From assembly GCA_963849295.1 (NCBI GenBank), contig CAWKGU010000009.1:40836-104835 (forward strand): a stretch of DNA of 64,000 nt, given 5' to 3'. This document shows positions 43,557-53,331 of the stretch, one piece after another; positions within the stretch are counted from its first letter, which is position 1, and each line of letters begins with the position of its first letter. This DNA comes from an uncultured Solirubrobacterales bacterium. GTDB taxonomy: Bacteria; Actinomycetota; Thermoleophilia; Solirubrobacterales; Solirubrobacteraceae. The position numbers and the translations under genes are program-made. Under the pieces are notes generated by a model, which worked only from the letters and a program-made list of their open reading frames with translations, was not told the DNA's origin and did not search any database.

Positions 43557-46500
43557 GTGGGATACCGCGTTGAGGGCGTCCTCCTCGATTGGCATGAGGC
43601 CATCACCTTTACCGGCGGACCACTGCTGGTTGCCGGTGGCGCGGGCACCGGAAAGACGAGCCTTCTGGAGGCTCGTTTTTGTTGGTTGGTCTCGGAAGGG
43701 GGGCTGACTCCCGAGCGCGTAGCGGTCGTGCTGCCGTCTGTCTCTCGCGCCCGCGCGATGCGGCGGCGTCTGGAGGAGCGGCTGGATCAGGGGTATGAGC
43801 AGCTGTTCGTGCTGACCCCTGTGGACCTCGCCGCCGTGATTTTGGCTCAGGGCGGATTGGACGATGCGCTCGACGGCGGGCTCGCTGCCGGTGATCGGCT
43901 GGCGCTTCTGTTAGAGCGGATCGACGAGCTACCGCTGAGCCACCACGACTTCGGCGGGAGCGCGACCTCGCTCCTCGGCAGCTTCGTGCGGCGGATCGAT
44001 CGGCTGAAGTCCGAGATGGTCTCGGCCGAGGAATACCGATCCTGGGCTGATCGGAACGGCGGCGGGCCGGAACGCGAGTTTGCGGAGATCTATTTGACTC
44101 ACGAGCGGCTGCTGGCAGACCTGGGGGTTCGTGATGCGGGCAACCTGCTGCTCGACGCACTGCGGATGGCGCAGATTCGTCAGTCACCGTTCGCGCACGT
44201 GATCATCGATGACGCCCAGGAACTCGACCTGGCAGCGTTCCGGCTGGTCCGCGCCGTCGCAGGCTCTTCCTGGACCGCCGCCGGAGATGCTCGCACTGCC
44301 CTGTCTCGATTCAGGGGGGCCGGCGCGGAGCGGCTCGGGGATTTCGATGGACCCGAGGTCAGGGTGGTGCGGCTCGAGCGATCGCTGCGCTCCCCGGAGC
44401 GTGTGGCGCTGGCTGCTCGTGCCGTGCTCGGTTCTTCTGGGGATCAGCCTGGGGTGACCTCTGGGGTCGCTTCGGAGGTCGCACCGTCGGCTGCGGGCGA
44501 GATCGCCTTCTGGCGTTGCGCGAACGAACGCGCACAGGCGCAGGCTGTCGCTGTCGAGATCGAGCGGCTGATCGCCCGCGACGGGGTGTCCCCCGAGGAG
44601 ATCCTAGTGATCGTTCCCGCTGCCGCGGTCGAGGGGCGGACGGTTGCGGTCGCGCTCGAGGAGCGTGCCGTGCCGCACCGGCTGGTCGGCGAGGCGGCCT
44701 TCCTGCAGCGGGCAGAAATCCGCGACGTGCTCGCCTGGCTACGGCTTCTGGCCGACCCATCGGACGCGGGAGCGGTGGTGCGGGCACTGGCCCGACCACC
44801 GATCGATCTGCGCTCGGTTGATATCGCCCGCTGCACGCAGATCGCGCGCCGGCGAAAGCTCGACATGGTGGGTGCACTCGCGGCTGCGCTCGAGTCGCCC
44901 CAGGTCCCGCCGGAGGCCCGCGAGCGGATTCGCGGCTTCCTGAAGCTCTATCGGGCCGGAGTCACGGCGATCGACACGACGCGTCCCGATCTCTACGTCC
45001 ACAGGCTGATCGAGCGGCTGGGGCTGCGCCGCCAGCAGCTGTTCGCCGCTCAGGCCGACGTCGTGGAGCGTCTGCGGGCGCTGGCGCGGTTCGGCGAGCT
45101 GGCGGCGGCATACGTGCGCAGAGCGCCGCAGGCGACCCCGCGCGAGTTCGCGCGCTCGATCAGCGCGGTCGCCGAGTTCGGCCTCTCAGAACAGGAGGAG
45201 CCGGCAGTTGTAGGCGCTACCGGAGTCCAGGTGGTTGGGATGGAAGCGGTGGGGGGGCTCTCCGCAGAGCACGTCTACGTGCTGGGGCTTCACGCCGGCG
45301 TCAGCTTCGACGGGGGCGCCATCGACGTGATCCCGGACGCGCTGCTTCACGAGGAGCTCCCGGCCGACGACGAGCAGCTGCGGCGAGCGCGCCTGCGGCA
45401 GTTCCTCTATGCAGCCGTGACCCGCTCGGCCGGCCATCTCGTGTTGTCATACCCGATCGTGGGAGGGGTGGATGCCGTTCGCGTCGGCGGCGGGCTCTCG
45501 CAAGGACCGTCCAGCGTCGTCGAGGAAGCGCGGATCGCGCTGGGATCGGAGTGGGAGGACAGGGAGGAGGAGCTGTTCGGCCCGGCGGAAACCCTCCACT
45601 CGACATACAGGCTGCTCCGTGATGAGCTGCTCGAGAGCACCATGCGCGCCGGGGGCAGGCTCGGTGAGCTGCGCTTCGACACCGACCTGGACATCTCGCA
45701 CGCGGTCGTTCGCTACCTGGAGCTGCTCAAGCTCGCCGCGCTGATCGCCCGTCCCGAGGGTCAGGGCCTGGCTGAAGCGCTGCGGGACGTCAACGCGCGG
45801 ATCCTGCAGGCGGTGAGCGCCGAGCAGCGGGAGATCTTCGGCTCCTCGGCGCTCGACGACTACCTGCTCGACGCCGAGCGCGACGCGCGCCGGCGCACTG
45901 CGGCGGTCGCGGCCCGCGACGAGCCCTCGCTCGAGGCTTTCCTGCCGCTGCGGGGCGAGGGGGTGGTGCTGTCTGCATCGGACATCGACACGTACCGCAC
46001 GTGTCCGTTGAAGTACAAGTTCGCGCGGATCTTTCGGATCCCGCAGGAGCCGACGGTTCACCAGCGGTTCGGGATCCTCGTGCATCAGGTCCTGGAGCGC
46101 TTCCATGCGCGGGTGCCCTCCGAGGAGGGCGCGACCGGATCGCTGGCCGAGCTGCTGGGGTTGCTCGATGCACGCTGGCGCCGCGGGGGGTTTGGCGACT
46201 CCGAGGAGGAGCGCCAACTGCGCGCCAAGGCGGCGGCGTCATTGTCGCGCTATTGGGAGCGCTTTCAGTCGGAGGAGTCCGAGCCCGTGTGGTTCGAGCG
46301 CCAGTTCACTTTCAAGCTCGGTCCGCATTTGTTGCGCGGCCGAGTCGATCGGGTGGATCGCCTGCCCGACGGCGACTACGAGCTGATCGACTACAAGACC
46401 GGTCGGCCGAAGACGGCCACGCAACTGGCGGACGACGTCCAGCTCTCTCTGTACGCGGTTGGCGCACGTGAGGCCTGGAGCCTCGATTCTTCACAGCAGG

Positions 46501-46694
46501 CGTACTACTACCTGCTCGATGACCAGAAGGTCACGGTCCCCGTGGGCTCCGGCGGCGATCGTGGGGACTGGATTCGCGAGGTTGCGGTCGAGGTGGCGGA
46601 GGGAATCCTGTCCCAGGGCTTCGAGCCAACTCCGTCGTTCGCCGCCTGCTCGGTCTGTGACTACCGGCTCGTCTGCCCGGCGGCGGAGCGGTAG
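43557..46694 (+). CDS. UvrD-like helicase with C-terminal RecB-type PD-(D/E)XK nuclease (AdnA/AddB-like)
   Basis: GGAGTGKT, IIDDAQE, YAAVTRS, C-terminal RVDRVD...IDYKTG with a C...CxxC...C staple. Confidence 0.87.
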   Translation: MGYRVEGVLLDWHEAITFTGGPLLVAGGAGTGKTSLLEARFCWLVSEGGLTPERVAVVLPSVSRARAMRRRLEERLDQGYEQLFVLTPVDLAAVILAQGGLDDALDGGLAAGDRLALLLERIDELPLSHHDFGGSATSLLGSFVRRIDRLKSEMVSAEEYRSWADRNGGGPEREFAEIYLTHERLLADLGVRDAGNLLLDALRMAQIRQSPFAHVIIDDAQELDLAAFRLVRAVAGSSWTAAGDARTALSRFRGAGAERLGDFDGPEVRVVRLERSLRSPERVALAARAVLGSSGDQPGVTSGVASEVAPSAAGEIAFWRCANERAQAQAVAVEIERLIARDGVSPEEILVIVPAAAVEGRTVAVALEERAVPHRLVGEAAFLQRAEIRDVLAWLRLLADPSDAGAVVRALARPPIDLRSVDIARCTQIARRRKLDMVGALAAALESPQVPPEARERIRGFLKLYRAGVTAIDTTRPDLYVHRLIERLGLRRQQLFAAQADVVERLRALARFGELAAAYVRRAPQATPREFARSISAVAEFGLSEQEEPAVVGATGVQVVGMEAVGGLSAEHVYVLGLHAGVSFDGGAIDVIPDALLHEELPADDEQLRRARLRQFLYAAVTRSAGHLVLSYPIVGGVDAVRVGGGLSQGPSSVVEEARIALGSEWEDREEELFGPAETLHSTYRLLRDELLESTMRAGGRLGELRFDTDLDISHAVVRYLELLKLAALIARPEGQGLAEALRDVNARILQAVSAEQREIFGSSALDDYLLDAERDARRRTAAVAARDEPSLEAFLPLRGEGVVLSASDIDTYRTCPLKYKFARIFRIPQEPTVHQRFGILVHQVLERFHARVPSEEGATGSLAELLGLLDARWRRGGFGDSEEERQLRAKAAASLSRYWERFQSEESEPVWFERQFTFKLGPHLLRGRVDRVDRLPDGDYELIDYKTGRPKTATQLADDVQLSLYAVGAREAWSLDSSQQAYYYLLDDQKVTVPVGSGGDRGDWIREVAVEVAEGILSQGFEPTPSFAACSVCDYRLVCPAAER

Positions 46695-46702
46695 GGATCT
46701 GG

Positions 46703-47587
46703 TCAGCCCGCAGGTCCCTCTGCCTCGCCTCCACGCTGGCGCAGGAAGCGCTGCAGATCGCGGGCGATCGTCTCGCCTGAGGGCAACGGTCCCGTCTCCT
46801 CGCTCGGCTCCGACCCGGCGGCCTGCTCGAGTCGCTCGACGAATGCCTGCACGTCTGGGTCGCTTTGAACGGCGAGGTTGACCTGGCGCTCGTAGTCGGC
46901 GGCCGCGCTCTCCAGTTCGGACGCATCGACGGCGACTCCGACCAGGCCTTCGAGCTTGCGGACAAGCGCCAGCGCTGCCTTGGGGTTCGGTGCGGCAGCG
47001 ATGTAATGCGGGACCGCAGCCCAAAGGCTGGCCGAGGGCACTCCGGCCTGCTGGCAGGCTGAGTGCAGGATGCCCACGATCCCAGTCGGGCCCTCGTAGG
47101 AGGAGGTGGACAGGCCGAGGCGGGCGACGAGCGTCGGGTCCGAGGCCAGGCCGGTGACGGCAACCGGGCGCGTGTGCGGAACGTCGGCGAGCAGCGCGCC
47201 TAGGGAGACGGTGAGCTGCACGCCGATCGCCTCTGCCACATCGACGATCACCTTGCTGAACGTGCGCCAGCGAAACGATGGTTCGCTCCCGGCGAGCAGC
47301 ACCAGGTCACGTGGTGCACGCGGGACGCGGGCCTCGTAGAGCTCGACCTCGGGCCAGACGACCTCACGCGTCTGACCTTCGGTGAGCTTGATCTTCGGGC
47401 GCGTGGCCTGGAAGTCGTAGAACTCCTCCGGGTCGACCGTCGCGAACCGCTTGGCGCCGAGCGCGCTGCCCACGAACGTGAGCGCGGTCGACGCGGCGTC
47501 GGCGGCGTCGTTCCATCCCTTGAAGGCGCAGATCAGCGCAGGAGCACGCAGTCCATCGGGACGGTATTCCCAGCGCAGGGGCTGCAT
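46703..47587 (-). CDS. PAC2 family (proteasome assembly chaperone-like) protein
   Basis: AFKGWNDAADAAS, EFYDFQATRP, EPSFRW, VPHTRP, WAAVPHY. Confidence 0.9.
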   Translation of the reverse strand: MQPLRWEYRPDGLRAPALICAFKGWNDAADAASTALTFVGSALGAKRFATVDPEEFYDFQATRPKIKLTEGQTREVVWPEVELYEARVPRAPRDLVLLAGSEPSFRWRTFSKVIVDVAEAIGVQLTVSLGALLADVPHTRPVAVTGLASDPTLVARLGLSTSSYEGPTGIVGILHSACQQAGVPSASLWAAVPHYIAAAPNPKAALALVRKLEGLVGVAVDASELESAAADYERQVNLAVQSDPDVQAFVERLEQAAGSEPSEETGPLPSGETIARDLQRFLRQRGGEAEGPAG

Positions 47588-47612
47588 CCGACCCACCGTA
47601 CATCATGGGCAC

Positions 47613-48491
47613 ATGGGCCCGGACCCGACTGTCAGCGCGTTACGACCCGGCGAGGAAGTCCGTGCCGTCTTCGCCTGCACGCGCAAGGATCGTCTGATGA
47701 CACGCAACGGATCCGCGTATCTGGCACTCGAGCTGCGCGACCGCACCGGGACGATCGCGGCGAGGGCATTTCGGGAGGCTGACGCGCTCGCCAGCCGCTT
47801 CGAGCGCGGCGAGCTCGTGCGCGTCGCCGGCCGCGTCGATCGGTTTCGCGACGAGCTGGTGCTGGAGGTCGTGGACATCGCGCGGACGAACGGCGATTCG
47901 GAAACCGACCCCGCGCTGTTCCTGCCGACGGCATACCGCGACCTGGACGAACTGGAGGGATTCCTTGAGCACCTGGCGGGCGAGGTTCACGACCGCTCCT
48001 TTAGTGGCCTGCTCGACTCGATTTTGGGTGACGGGAGGCTGCGTGCCGAGTTGCGTCGGTCACCGTGCACCCGGGCGGCCCACCACGCCTACCTGGGCGG
48101 GCTGCTCGAGCACACCGTTGCGGTCGCGACGCTTGCATTTGACCTGTGCCAACTTCACGCCCGCCTCAATTCGGATCTTCTGCTGACGGCGGCGCTCGTC
48201 CACGATCTGGGGAAGACGCGCGAGTTCACATACGGCGCAGATTTCGGGCTGACCGACGAGGGTCGCCTGCTTGGGCATCTCGTGATCGGCGAGCGTCTGA
48301 TCAGCGAGCGGTGTGGGGGAATTGGCTTGAGCGACGACCGACGCCTTGCGCTACTTCACTGCGTGCTCACCCACCACGGTCCGAACTCCGCCCCCGGCGG
48401 GCGCTTCGGGTCGGTCGAGGCGCTGTCGCTGTACCGCCTGAACGCGCTGGACGCCGGGGTGAAGGGAGCGTTCGAGCGCGGGCTGGATTAG
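47613..48491 (+). CDS. OB-fold plus HD domain protein (YhaM-like 3'-5' exoribonuclease)
   Basis: LELRDRTG OB fold, HHAYLGGLLEHT, LVHDLGK, GHL, THHG. Confidence 0.88.
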   Translation: MGPDPTVSALRPGEEVRAVFACTRKDRLMTRNGSAYLALELRDRTGTIAARAFREADALASRFERGELVRVAGRVDRFRDELVLEVVDIARTNGDSETDPALFLPTAYRDLDELEGFLEHLAGEVHDRSFSGLLDSILGDGRLRAELRRSPCTRAAHHAYLGGLLEHTVAVATLAFDLCQLHARLNSDLLLTAALVHDLGKTREFTYGADFGLTDEGRLLGHLVIGERLISERCGGIGLSDDRRLALLHCVLTHHGPNSAPGGRFGSVEALSLYRLNALDAGVKGAFERGLD

Positions 48492-48531
48492 GGGCGGCAG
48501 CCGCGGGGGGTGCGGTTCGGTCTGGCGGCTA

Positions 48532-48570
48532 CTGGGAGATTTCTCGCCCTATAGGCGAGAAATCTCCCAG
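48532..48570. repeat. REP-like palindrome, copy 2
   Basis: CTGGGAGATTTCTCGCC-ctata-GGCGAGAAATCTCCCAG (17-bp perfect stem). Confidence 0.85.
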
Positions 48571-48607
48571 CGCCGCGCGCCACTGGGCCGCGCGTACCAT
48601 CACACCC

Positions 48608-48700
48608 GGCGCGGCAGGGGCCTGGTGGCCCATCCAGTCTTCAAAACTGGCAGGGCGGGGCAGCCCCCCGCTTGGAAGGTTCGATTCCTTCGCCGCGTCG
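48608..48700 (+). tRNA. selC: tRNA-Sec (anticodon UCA)
   Basis: 8-bp acceptor GGCGCGGC/GCCGCGTC, D arm GGGCC-TGGT-GGCCC, anticodon arm CCAGT-CTTCAAA-ACTGG, long variable arm, GAAGG-TTCGATT-CCTTC. CCA is not encoded. Confidence 0.95.
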
Positions 48701-48793
48701 TGGCTGGAAATGGCAAGGTTTCAGGCAAGGGTCGGTTCGGTAATTCGTGCCGAAATCGAAACTTTGTCCCCGGCGAGCGGCTCGAACTCGGGC

Positions 48794-49168
48794 TCAGCCG
48801 ACGAGCTGGTCGGCAGCGGTTCCGTTCGCGAGCGCTTCCTGCCCAGCGGCCGTCGCCAGGAGGCGATTGCTCTGTCCGCGGTGCTGGACAAGACCTGCCA
48901 CCTCAAGCGCCTGCACAGCCGCACGGATAGGTCGCTCTAGATCTCGCAAATATCGCGCCGATCGCCGCTGCGATCTCATCAACCAAGTTCCCAATTGCAG
49001 GAGATTGAGTTCCGGGGGATTCCCGCGTCCCGGTCCCTCGGAGCCGAAGGCAGGCATGATCTCCACCGCGAGCTCAAGGGCGGGCAGCGATACCAAACGC
49101 TCCGCCTCCGCTTTGGCCGCCGCTTCATCAGCAGCCTTCTCCGCCTTGTTGCCGAACAGCGGTGACAT
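48794..49168 (-). CDS. Hypothetical protein
   Basis: 124-aa ORF with coding-like composition (MSPLFGNKAEKAADEAAAKAEAERL). Confidence 0.7.
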   Translation of the reverse strand: MSPLFGNKAEKAADEAAAKAEAERLVSLPALELAVEIMPAFGSEGPGRGNPPELNLLQLGTWLMRSQRRSARYLRDLERPIRAAVQALEVAGLVQHRGQSNRLLATAAGQEALANGTAADQLVG

Positions 49169-49629
49169 CGCTTCGATTGTCGTCAAAGCGCATGAGACCT
49201 GTCAAACAGCTCTCAGATCGTGGGCGCGATTGCAACCGACGATACGAACGCGCTCTCAGGTCAGCAGGCCGCGGACCTGACGTTCGTGGTTGCGCAGAAA
49301 CAAGGAGCCGTACGGCTAGTCGTCGATCCACCCCCGGCACTGACCGAACGTGCTCGTCTCCACGGGTCACGAGGACCAGGGCGACGACCTGATCATTTGT
49401 CGTCCATCTCGATCACCTGGGCGAGCTGGCCGCCGGGTTCCGCTCGCGCAGGGAAAGCAGCGCCCACTGAGTTACCGCCGATCGTCGCCAGCGACCGACG
49501 AGCGGACGTCACGCTGGGCCCGCAGGTGGCGATTTGGGGGACCACCTCGACCACTGGGACCCTGCCCTGCTTTGCCTTGGCGACGGGCGTGTCGGGACTT
49601 CCGCTCGTGAGGGGGGCAATGCCCCATTG

Positions 49630-50622
49630 CTAGCGCCGGCGTCCTGAGCGCTTCCTCTTCTTGTGTGGCGGAGGCGGCGGCCGCGTCTCGCGCCGTGTGC
49701 GCGTGCTCGGGCCAACGGCCGCGGGCTGCTTTTCCTCGGGCTTGGGCTTTCCGCGCAGTAGCCCGGAGAGTCCACCACCCCCGCCGGGACCGTCCCCGTT
49801 GGCGCCTATGGCGGCGGGCAGGGCGCCGCGGCCGCCAGACGATGTGGCCGGAGCTGCCGGCGTCACCGGAACGACGGGCCCGATCCTGCGGCGGATCACC
49901 CACTGCTGGGCCATCGTCCACGTGTTGGTGGTGATCCAGTAGAGGACCAACCCGGCAGGGAAGCTGATGATGAAGATCACGAAGAACATCGGGAGCAGCA
50001 GCATCATCCGCCGCTGGGTCTGATCCGTCGTCGGCGCCTGCATCATCAGGCTTGAAGCCAGCTGCGTCCCGACGTAGAGCACGATCAGCGCGACCAGCGT
50101 CAGGCCGGTAGCGGTGTTGGCCAGGTCGTGGATGAACAGCCAGCTCGATCCGTTGAGCCCGTGACACGCGGTTGTGTGTCCGACCGCTTCCTTGAGCGGG
50201 ATGTTGTGATGCAGCGCAAAGGCGTGCCGGTATGCCGCCTGGAGGACCGGACAGATGTCCTCGCGCAGCCGCGTGCGCAGCGTGTAGAAGAGGGCGATGA
50301 AGACCGGAATCTGCGCCACTAGGGGGAGAAACGACGCAAACGGGTTGATCTCGTTCTCCTTGTAGAACTTCATGATCTCCTGCTGCTGGCGCTGTTTGTG
50401 GTCCTTGTACTTCGCCTGGATCGCCTTCATCTGCGGCGCGGCCTGCTGAAGCTTCTGCATCGAGTGCATCTGCCTGAGGGCGAGTGGCAGCAGCAGCGCT
50501 CGTACCACGACCGTCAGCGCGATGATCGACCATCCCCACGAGCCGCCGATGATGCTGTGGAAGAAGACGAGGACCGGATCGAAGATGTCGATCAGCGGCT
50601 GAAAGATGTTGGCGAGGACCAT
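49630..50622 (-). CDS. yidC: YidC/Oxa1 membrane protein insertase
   Basis: WGWSIIALTVVVRALLLPL, KFYKENEINP, LVAQIPVFIALF, PAGLVLYWITTN, basic C-terminal tail. Confidence 0.94.
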   Translation of the reverse strand: MVLANIFQPLIDIFDPVLVFFHSIIGGSWGWSIIALTVVVRALLLPLALRQMHSMQKLQQAAPQMKAIQAKYKDHKQRQQQEIMKFYKENEINPFASFLPLVAQIPVFIALFYTLRTRLREDICPVLQAAYRHAFALHHNIPLKEAVGHTTACHGLNGSSWLFIHDLANTATGLTLVALIVLYVGTQLASSLMMQAPTTDQTQRRMMLLLPMFFVIFIISFPAGLVLYWITTNTWTMAQQWVIRRRIGPVVPVTPAAPATSSGGRGALPAAIGANGDGPGGGGGLSGLLRGKPKPEEKQPAAVGPSTRTRRETRPPPPPHKKRKRSGRRR

Positions 50623-50666
50623 GGTCAGGTGTGTGAGGCTGTGGCGCTCGGGGTGGGCGGAGGTCC

Positions 50667-51185
50667 TTACGTCCGGGCAGAGTCGAGCACGCTTTGCAGC
50701 GCGGTGCGGATGAGCTCGTGCTGGGCGCTCCACGAGGCCCACACTGCTGCTGCCCATTCCCGGGCTCGGCGCTCGTAGTCGTCGAGATCGTCTGCTCCGA
50801 CCATGTTCAGCACCGTGCGCGAACCCGGCCCGTTGGTGCGCAGCAGGATGGGGAAGTCTCCGTGGCGGCGGCGAATCACCTCACCAAGCAGCCTCGTCGC
50901 GGAGGGATGCGGAAGGGCGTGTTCGAGCACCGCGCAGAGGCCGACGAGGTGGACGAACACCGATTGGCGGTCGCGCCGGTCGCTGCCGTCGCCGGGGTGC
51001 TGGGCCATGTAGGAGTCGACCACAACGCGGTGGGCGGGCGGGTAGCGAAATCGCTGCGCCTCATCCGCTTGCACCTCGCCGAATGTCTTCCAGCAACCTG
51101 GCGAACTTGGGACGTATTTGTGCACCGGACCGTCGATGTCCGGCACAAGCGCACCGCAGCCCTGACATGCTTCCGTATCGGTCAT
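50667..51185 (-). CDS. DUF5946-like protein
   Basis: CQGCG...SPGCW...VDSYMAQHP...SVFVHLVGLC pattern. Confidence 0.7.
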   Translation of the reverse strand: MTDTEACQGCGALVPDIDGPVHKYVPSSPGCWKTFGEVQADEAQRFRYPPAHRVVVDSYMAQHPGDGSDRRDRQSVFVHLVGLCAVLEHALPHPSATRLLGEVIRRRHGDFPILLRTNGPGSRTVLNMVGADDLDDYERRAREWAAAVWASWSAQHELIRTALQSVLDSART

Positions 51186-51919
51186 TGGTGCAGCTCGCTC
51201 ATCGAGCGGACGTCGGCGAACTCACCATTCAGGCTTGCTTCTGTAGCGATGATGGGTTGCGGTTGGGGCGAGCGTCGATTAATCAGCAGCGTCACGGCGA
51301 CGGTGATCAGCCAGAGGTTCTCGAGCGCCAAGACGGCGGGGTTGACGTCCGCGAACGCGACCTCGCTGAACAGGCCGAGCAACCCAAGGGCCTGGCTGGC
51401 GGCGCCGAAGGCGAGCGCGATCCACCCGTAGCTGCGGGGCAGCAGTCGTGTCTGGAGGATCACGAACCCGAGCGGGAGCATGATCGCGGGGGCGATCAGG
51501 AACGAGCGCCCGATCGCGTCGTTGCCAGGGCCGACCATCAGATCGAAGCTGATCCGCAGAGTCTCGTTATGACCGTGCGCGGCCGACTGGACCACCGAGA
51601 TGATCATCGCCGAATCGACCAGCGTCAGTCCCACGACGATCGCCGCAGCGAGGGCGACGATCCGTCCCGCGAACCGCTGTCCAGCGCCGGCGAGGTGGAC
51701 GATCGCGAGGATGAAGACGACGTACAGGATCGCGCCGGTGACCTGAAGCCACGCGGAGACCAGAATCACGTCCCGGTGCTCGCGCACGAACGTGGCAATC
51801 CGTGCCAGGCTTGCGCTGTCGGGCGGGATGTTGCCGGGGATCAGGAAGTGGGCGCTCAACATGAGAACGCCCGTGATACCGCAGATCGCGGCCGCCGCTC
51901 GTGTGGCTCGCTCAGTCAT
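51182..51919 (-). CDS. Multi-pass membrane protein (DUF4386-like)
   Basis: About six hydrophobic segments, with AGGA RBS before ATG 51919. Confidence 0.7.
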   Translation of the reverse strand: MTERATRAAAAICGITGVLMLSAHFLIPGNIPPDSASLARIATFVREHRDVILVSAWLQVTGAILYVVFILAIVHLAGAGQRFAGRIVALAAAIVVGLTLVDSAMIISVVQSAAHGHNETLRISFDLMVGPGNDAIGRSFLIAPAIMLPLGFVILQTRLLPRSYGWIALAFGAASQALGLLGLFSEVAFADVNPAVLALENLWLITVAVTLLINRRSPQPQPIIATEASLNGEFADVRSMSELHQ

Positions 51920-52040
51920 GTCCTTTCTCCTTTTGGTCTGCCTGGCTGCGCGTACGGCACAGCGGGCGCGCTGTAGGAATTCGTAAACCACGGTCAGCTG
52001 GGTCTCCGAGCTGGGAGGCGGCGCGCCGGCTCCTCTCACG

Positions 52041-52802
52041 TCAGCTGGCGCTGCCCAGCGCCTCGAGTGCGCGGCCGACGTACTGCATGAGCTCGCTGTC
52101 GACCATTCCGTGCGACGTGGCCTCTGGGCCCCGCTCGCGGTACATCGTGGCGAGCGATTGACGGAGGCCCTCGTCCCCGCCTGTGAACTGCTCGATCAGC
52201 CCACGCCACTGCCGCGCGAGCTCAAGCATCCGTGGATCGGTCGGATCGGTGCCGGCGGACTGCTCGGTCTTGACCGCGTCGATGAGGTCGGCCCACTCGC
52301 GTTCCGCCTCGCGAATGCGCTCTTCGCCGAGCTCGTCGCGTCGCCGCGCGAGCTGATCCTGCTGCTCGGGTGTGTAGTACTTCTCGATGATGGTGGTCTC
52401 CTCGATGGCCTGAATGAACTGGTCGAGGGTCGGCTCACGTCCCTGCTCGAGAAGCGCGAGCATCCGGTTGAGCGTGCGCCTGAGACGCCGCTGGAGCGAG
52501 AGGCTCTCCTCGACTCGCGCCAGGTGCTGGCGGATCGCGTCCGCGAGATCGGAGTTCTGGTCAAGAACCGAGGCGATCTCCTCGAGCGACAACCCCAGCT
52601 GCCTTAGCGCGACAATTCGGTAGAGCCGTCTGACGTTTTGTTCGGAATACAGCCGCCGCCCCGAGTACGAGCGCTCATCGGGCACCAACAACCCGATCTC
52701 GTCGTAATGGTGCAACGTGCGCACCGTCAGCCCGGTCGCCCGAGCCAGAGCGCCGATCTGAACGTGCTCTGCTGTGTACTCCTCGTCAGTCATGACGGTC
52801 AC
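52041..52802 (-). CDS. MerR family regulator with TipAS-like effector domain
   Basis: GLTVRTLHHYDEIGLL, LGLSLEEI, C-terminal DPTDP...LARQWRGLIEQFTGGD. Confidence 0.92.
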   Translation of the reverse strand: MTVMTDEEYTAEHVQIGALARATGLTVRTLHHYDEIGLLVPDERSYSGRRLYSEQNVRRLYRIVALRQLGLSLEEIASVLDQNSDLADAIRQHLARVEESLSLQRRLRRTLNRMLALLEQGREPTLDQFIQAIEETTIIEKYYTPEQQDQLARRRDELGEERIREAEREWADLIDAVKTEQSAGTDPTDPRMLELARQWRGLIEQFTGGDEGLRQSLATMYRERGPEATSHGMVDSELMQYVGRALEALGSAS

Positions 52803-52810
52803 CGGACGCC

Positions 52811-52841
52811 ACCGTAGGCCCTCACGCTACGTGAGGTTCAA
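52811..52841 (-). promoter_or_regulatory. MerR/TipA-type autoregulated promoter and operator
   Basis: TTGAAC-N19-TACGGT with the dyad CCTCACG-N3-CGTGAGG in the spacer. Confidence 0.88.
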
Positions 52842-53331
52842 GGGGAGGTACAAAAAATTTATGCCCCGCGGCCTCCCGGCCCTCTTCGTCGCGCGTTGCG
52901 GGTTCCGTCGCTGCTCCGCCGGGATTCATGCGCCGTGAGGAAGGCAGGTCTCGTGCGGGCGGGGTCTCGGCCCGCCCTCCCGCCTCTCCGATCACACGGC
53001 CGCGCCCGGTGATCAGTCAGACGTGCGATTCTGCTGCCGCACCTTGAGAGCGTCGAACAGAAGGAGCGGCAAATGCGACGCCAGATCGCGTTCGAAAAAC
53101 TGGCGCCACGTCTGCCGCGCGATTGACTGTCTGCCCGAGGAGCAATCCAGCGCCTGTTCGCCTGTGGAGGCCCATACGTTGCGCAGCTGCGTTGAACGCA
53201 AAACGAGCGCTGGTGACTCACGCTGGGCCACGCGCGAAACAGTTTCCGGTGCCGGCTCTCAGCATGCTCGCGGGTCGAGCCTCTTTCAGCCCATGGGTCC
53301 TCGGACCCAAAGCCCTCAGCTGTGTGAGCGC

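Noticed and set aside
49190-49620. Possible gene or IS remnant downstream of yidC
   Set aside because: No frame gives a recognisable motif, and there are no terminal repeats.
52859-53330. Short ORFs between merR and the PQQ-propeller gene
   Set aside because: No RBS, motif or coding-like composition.
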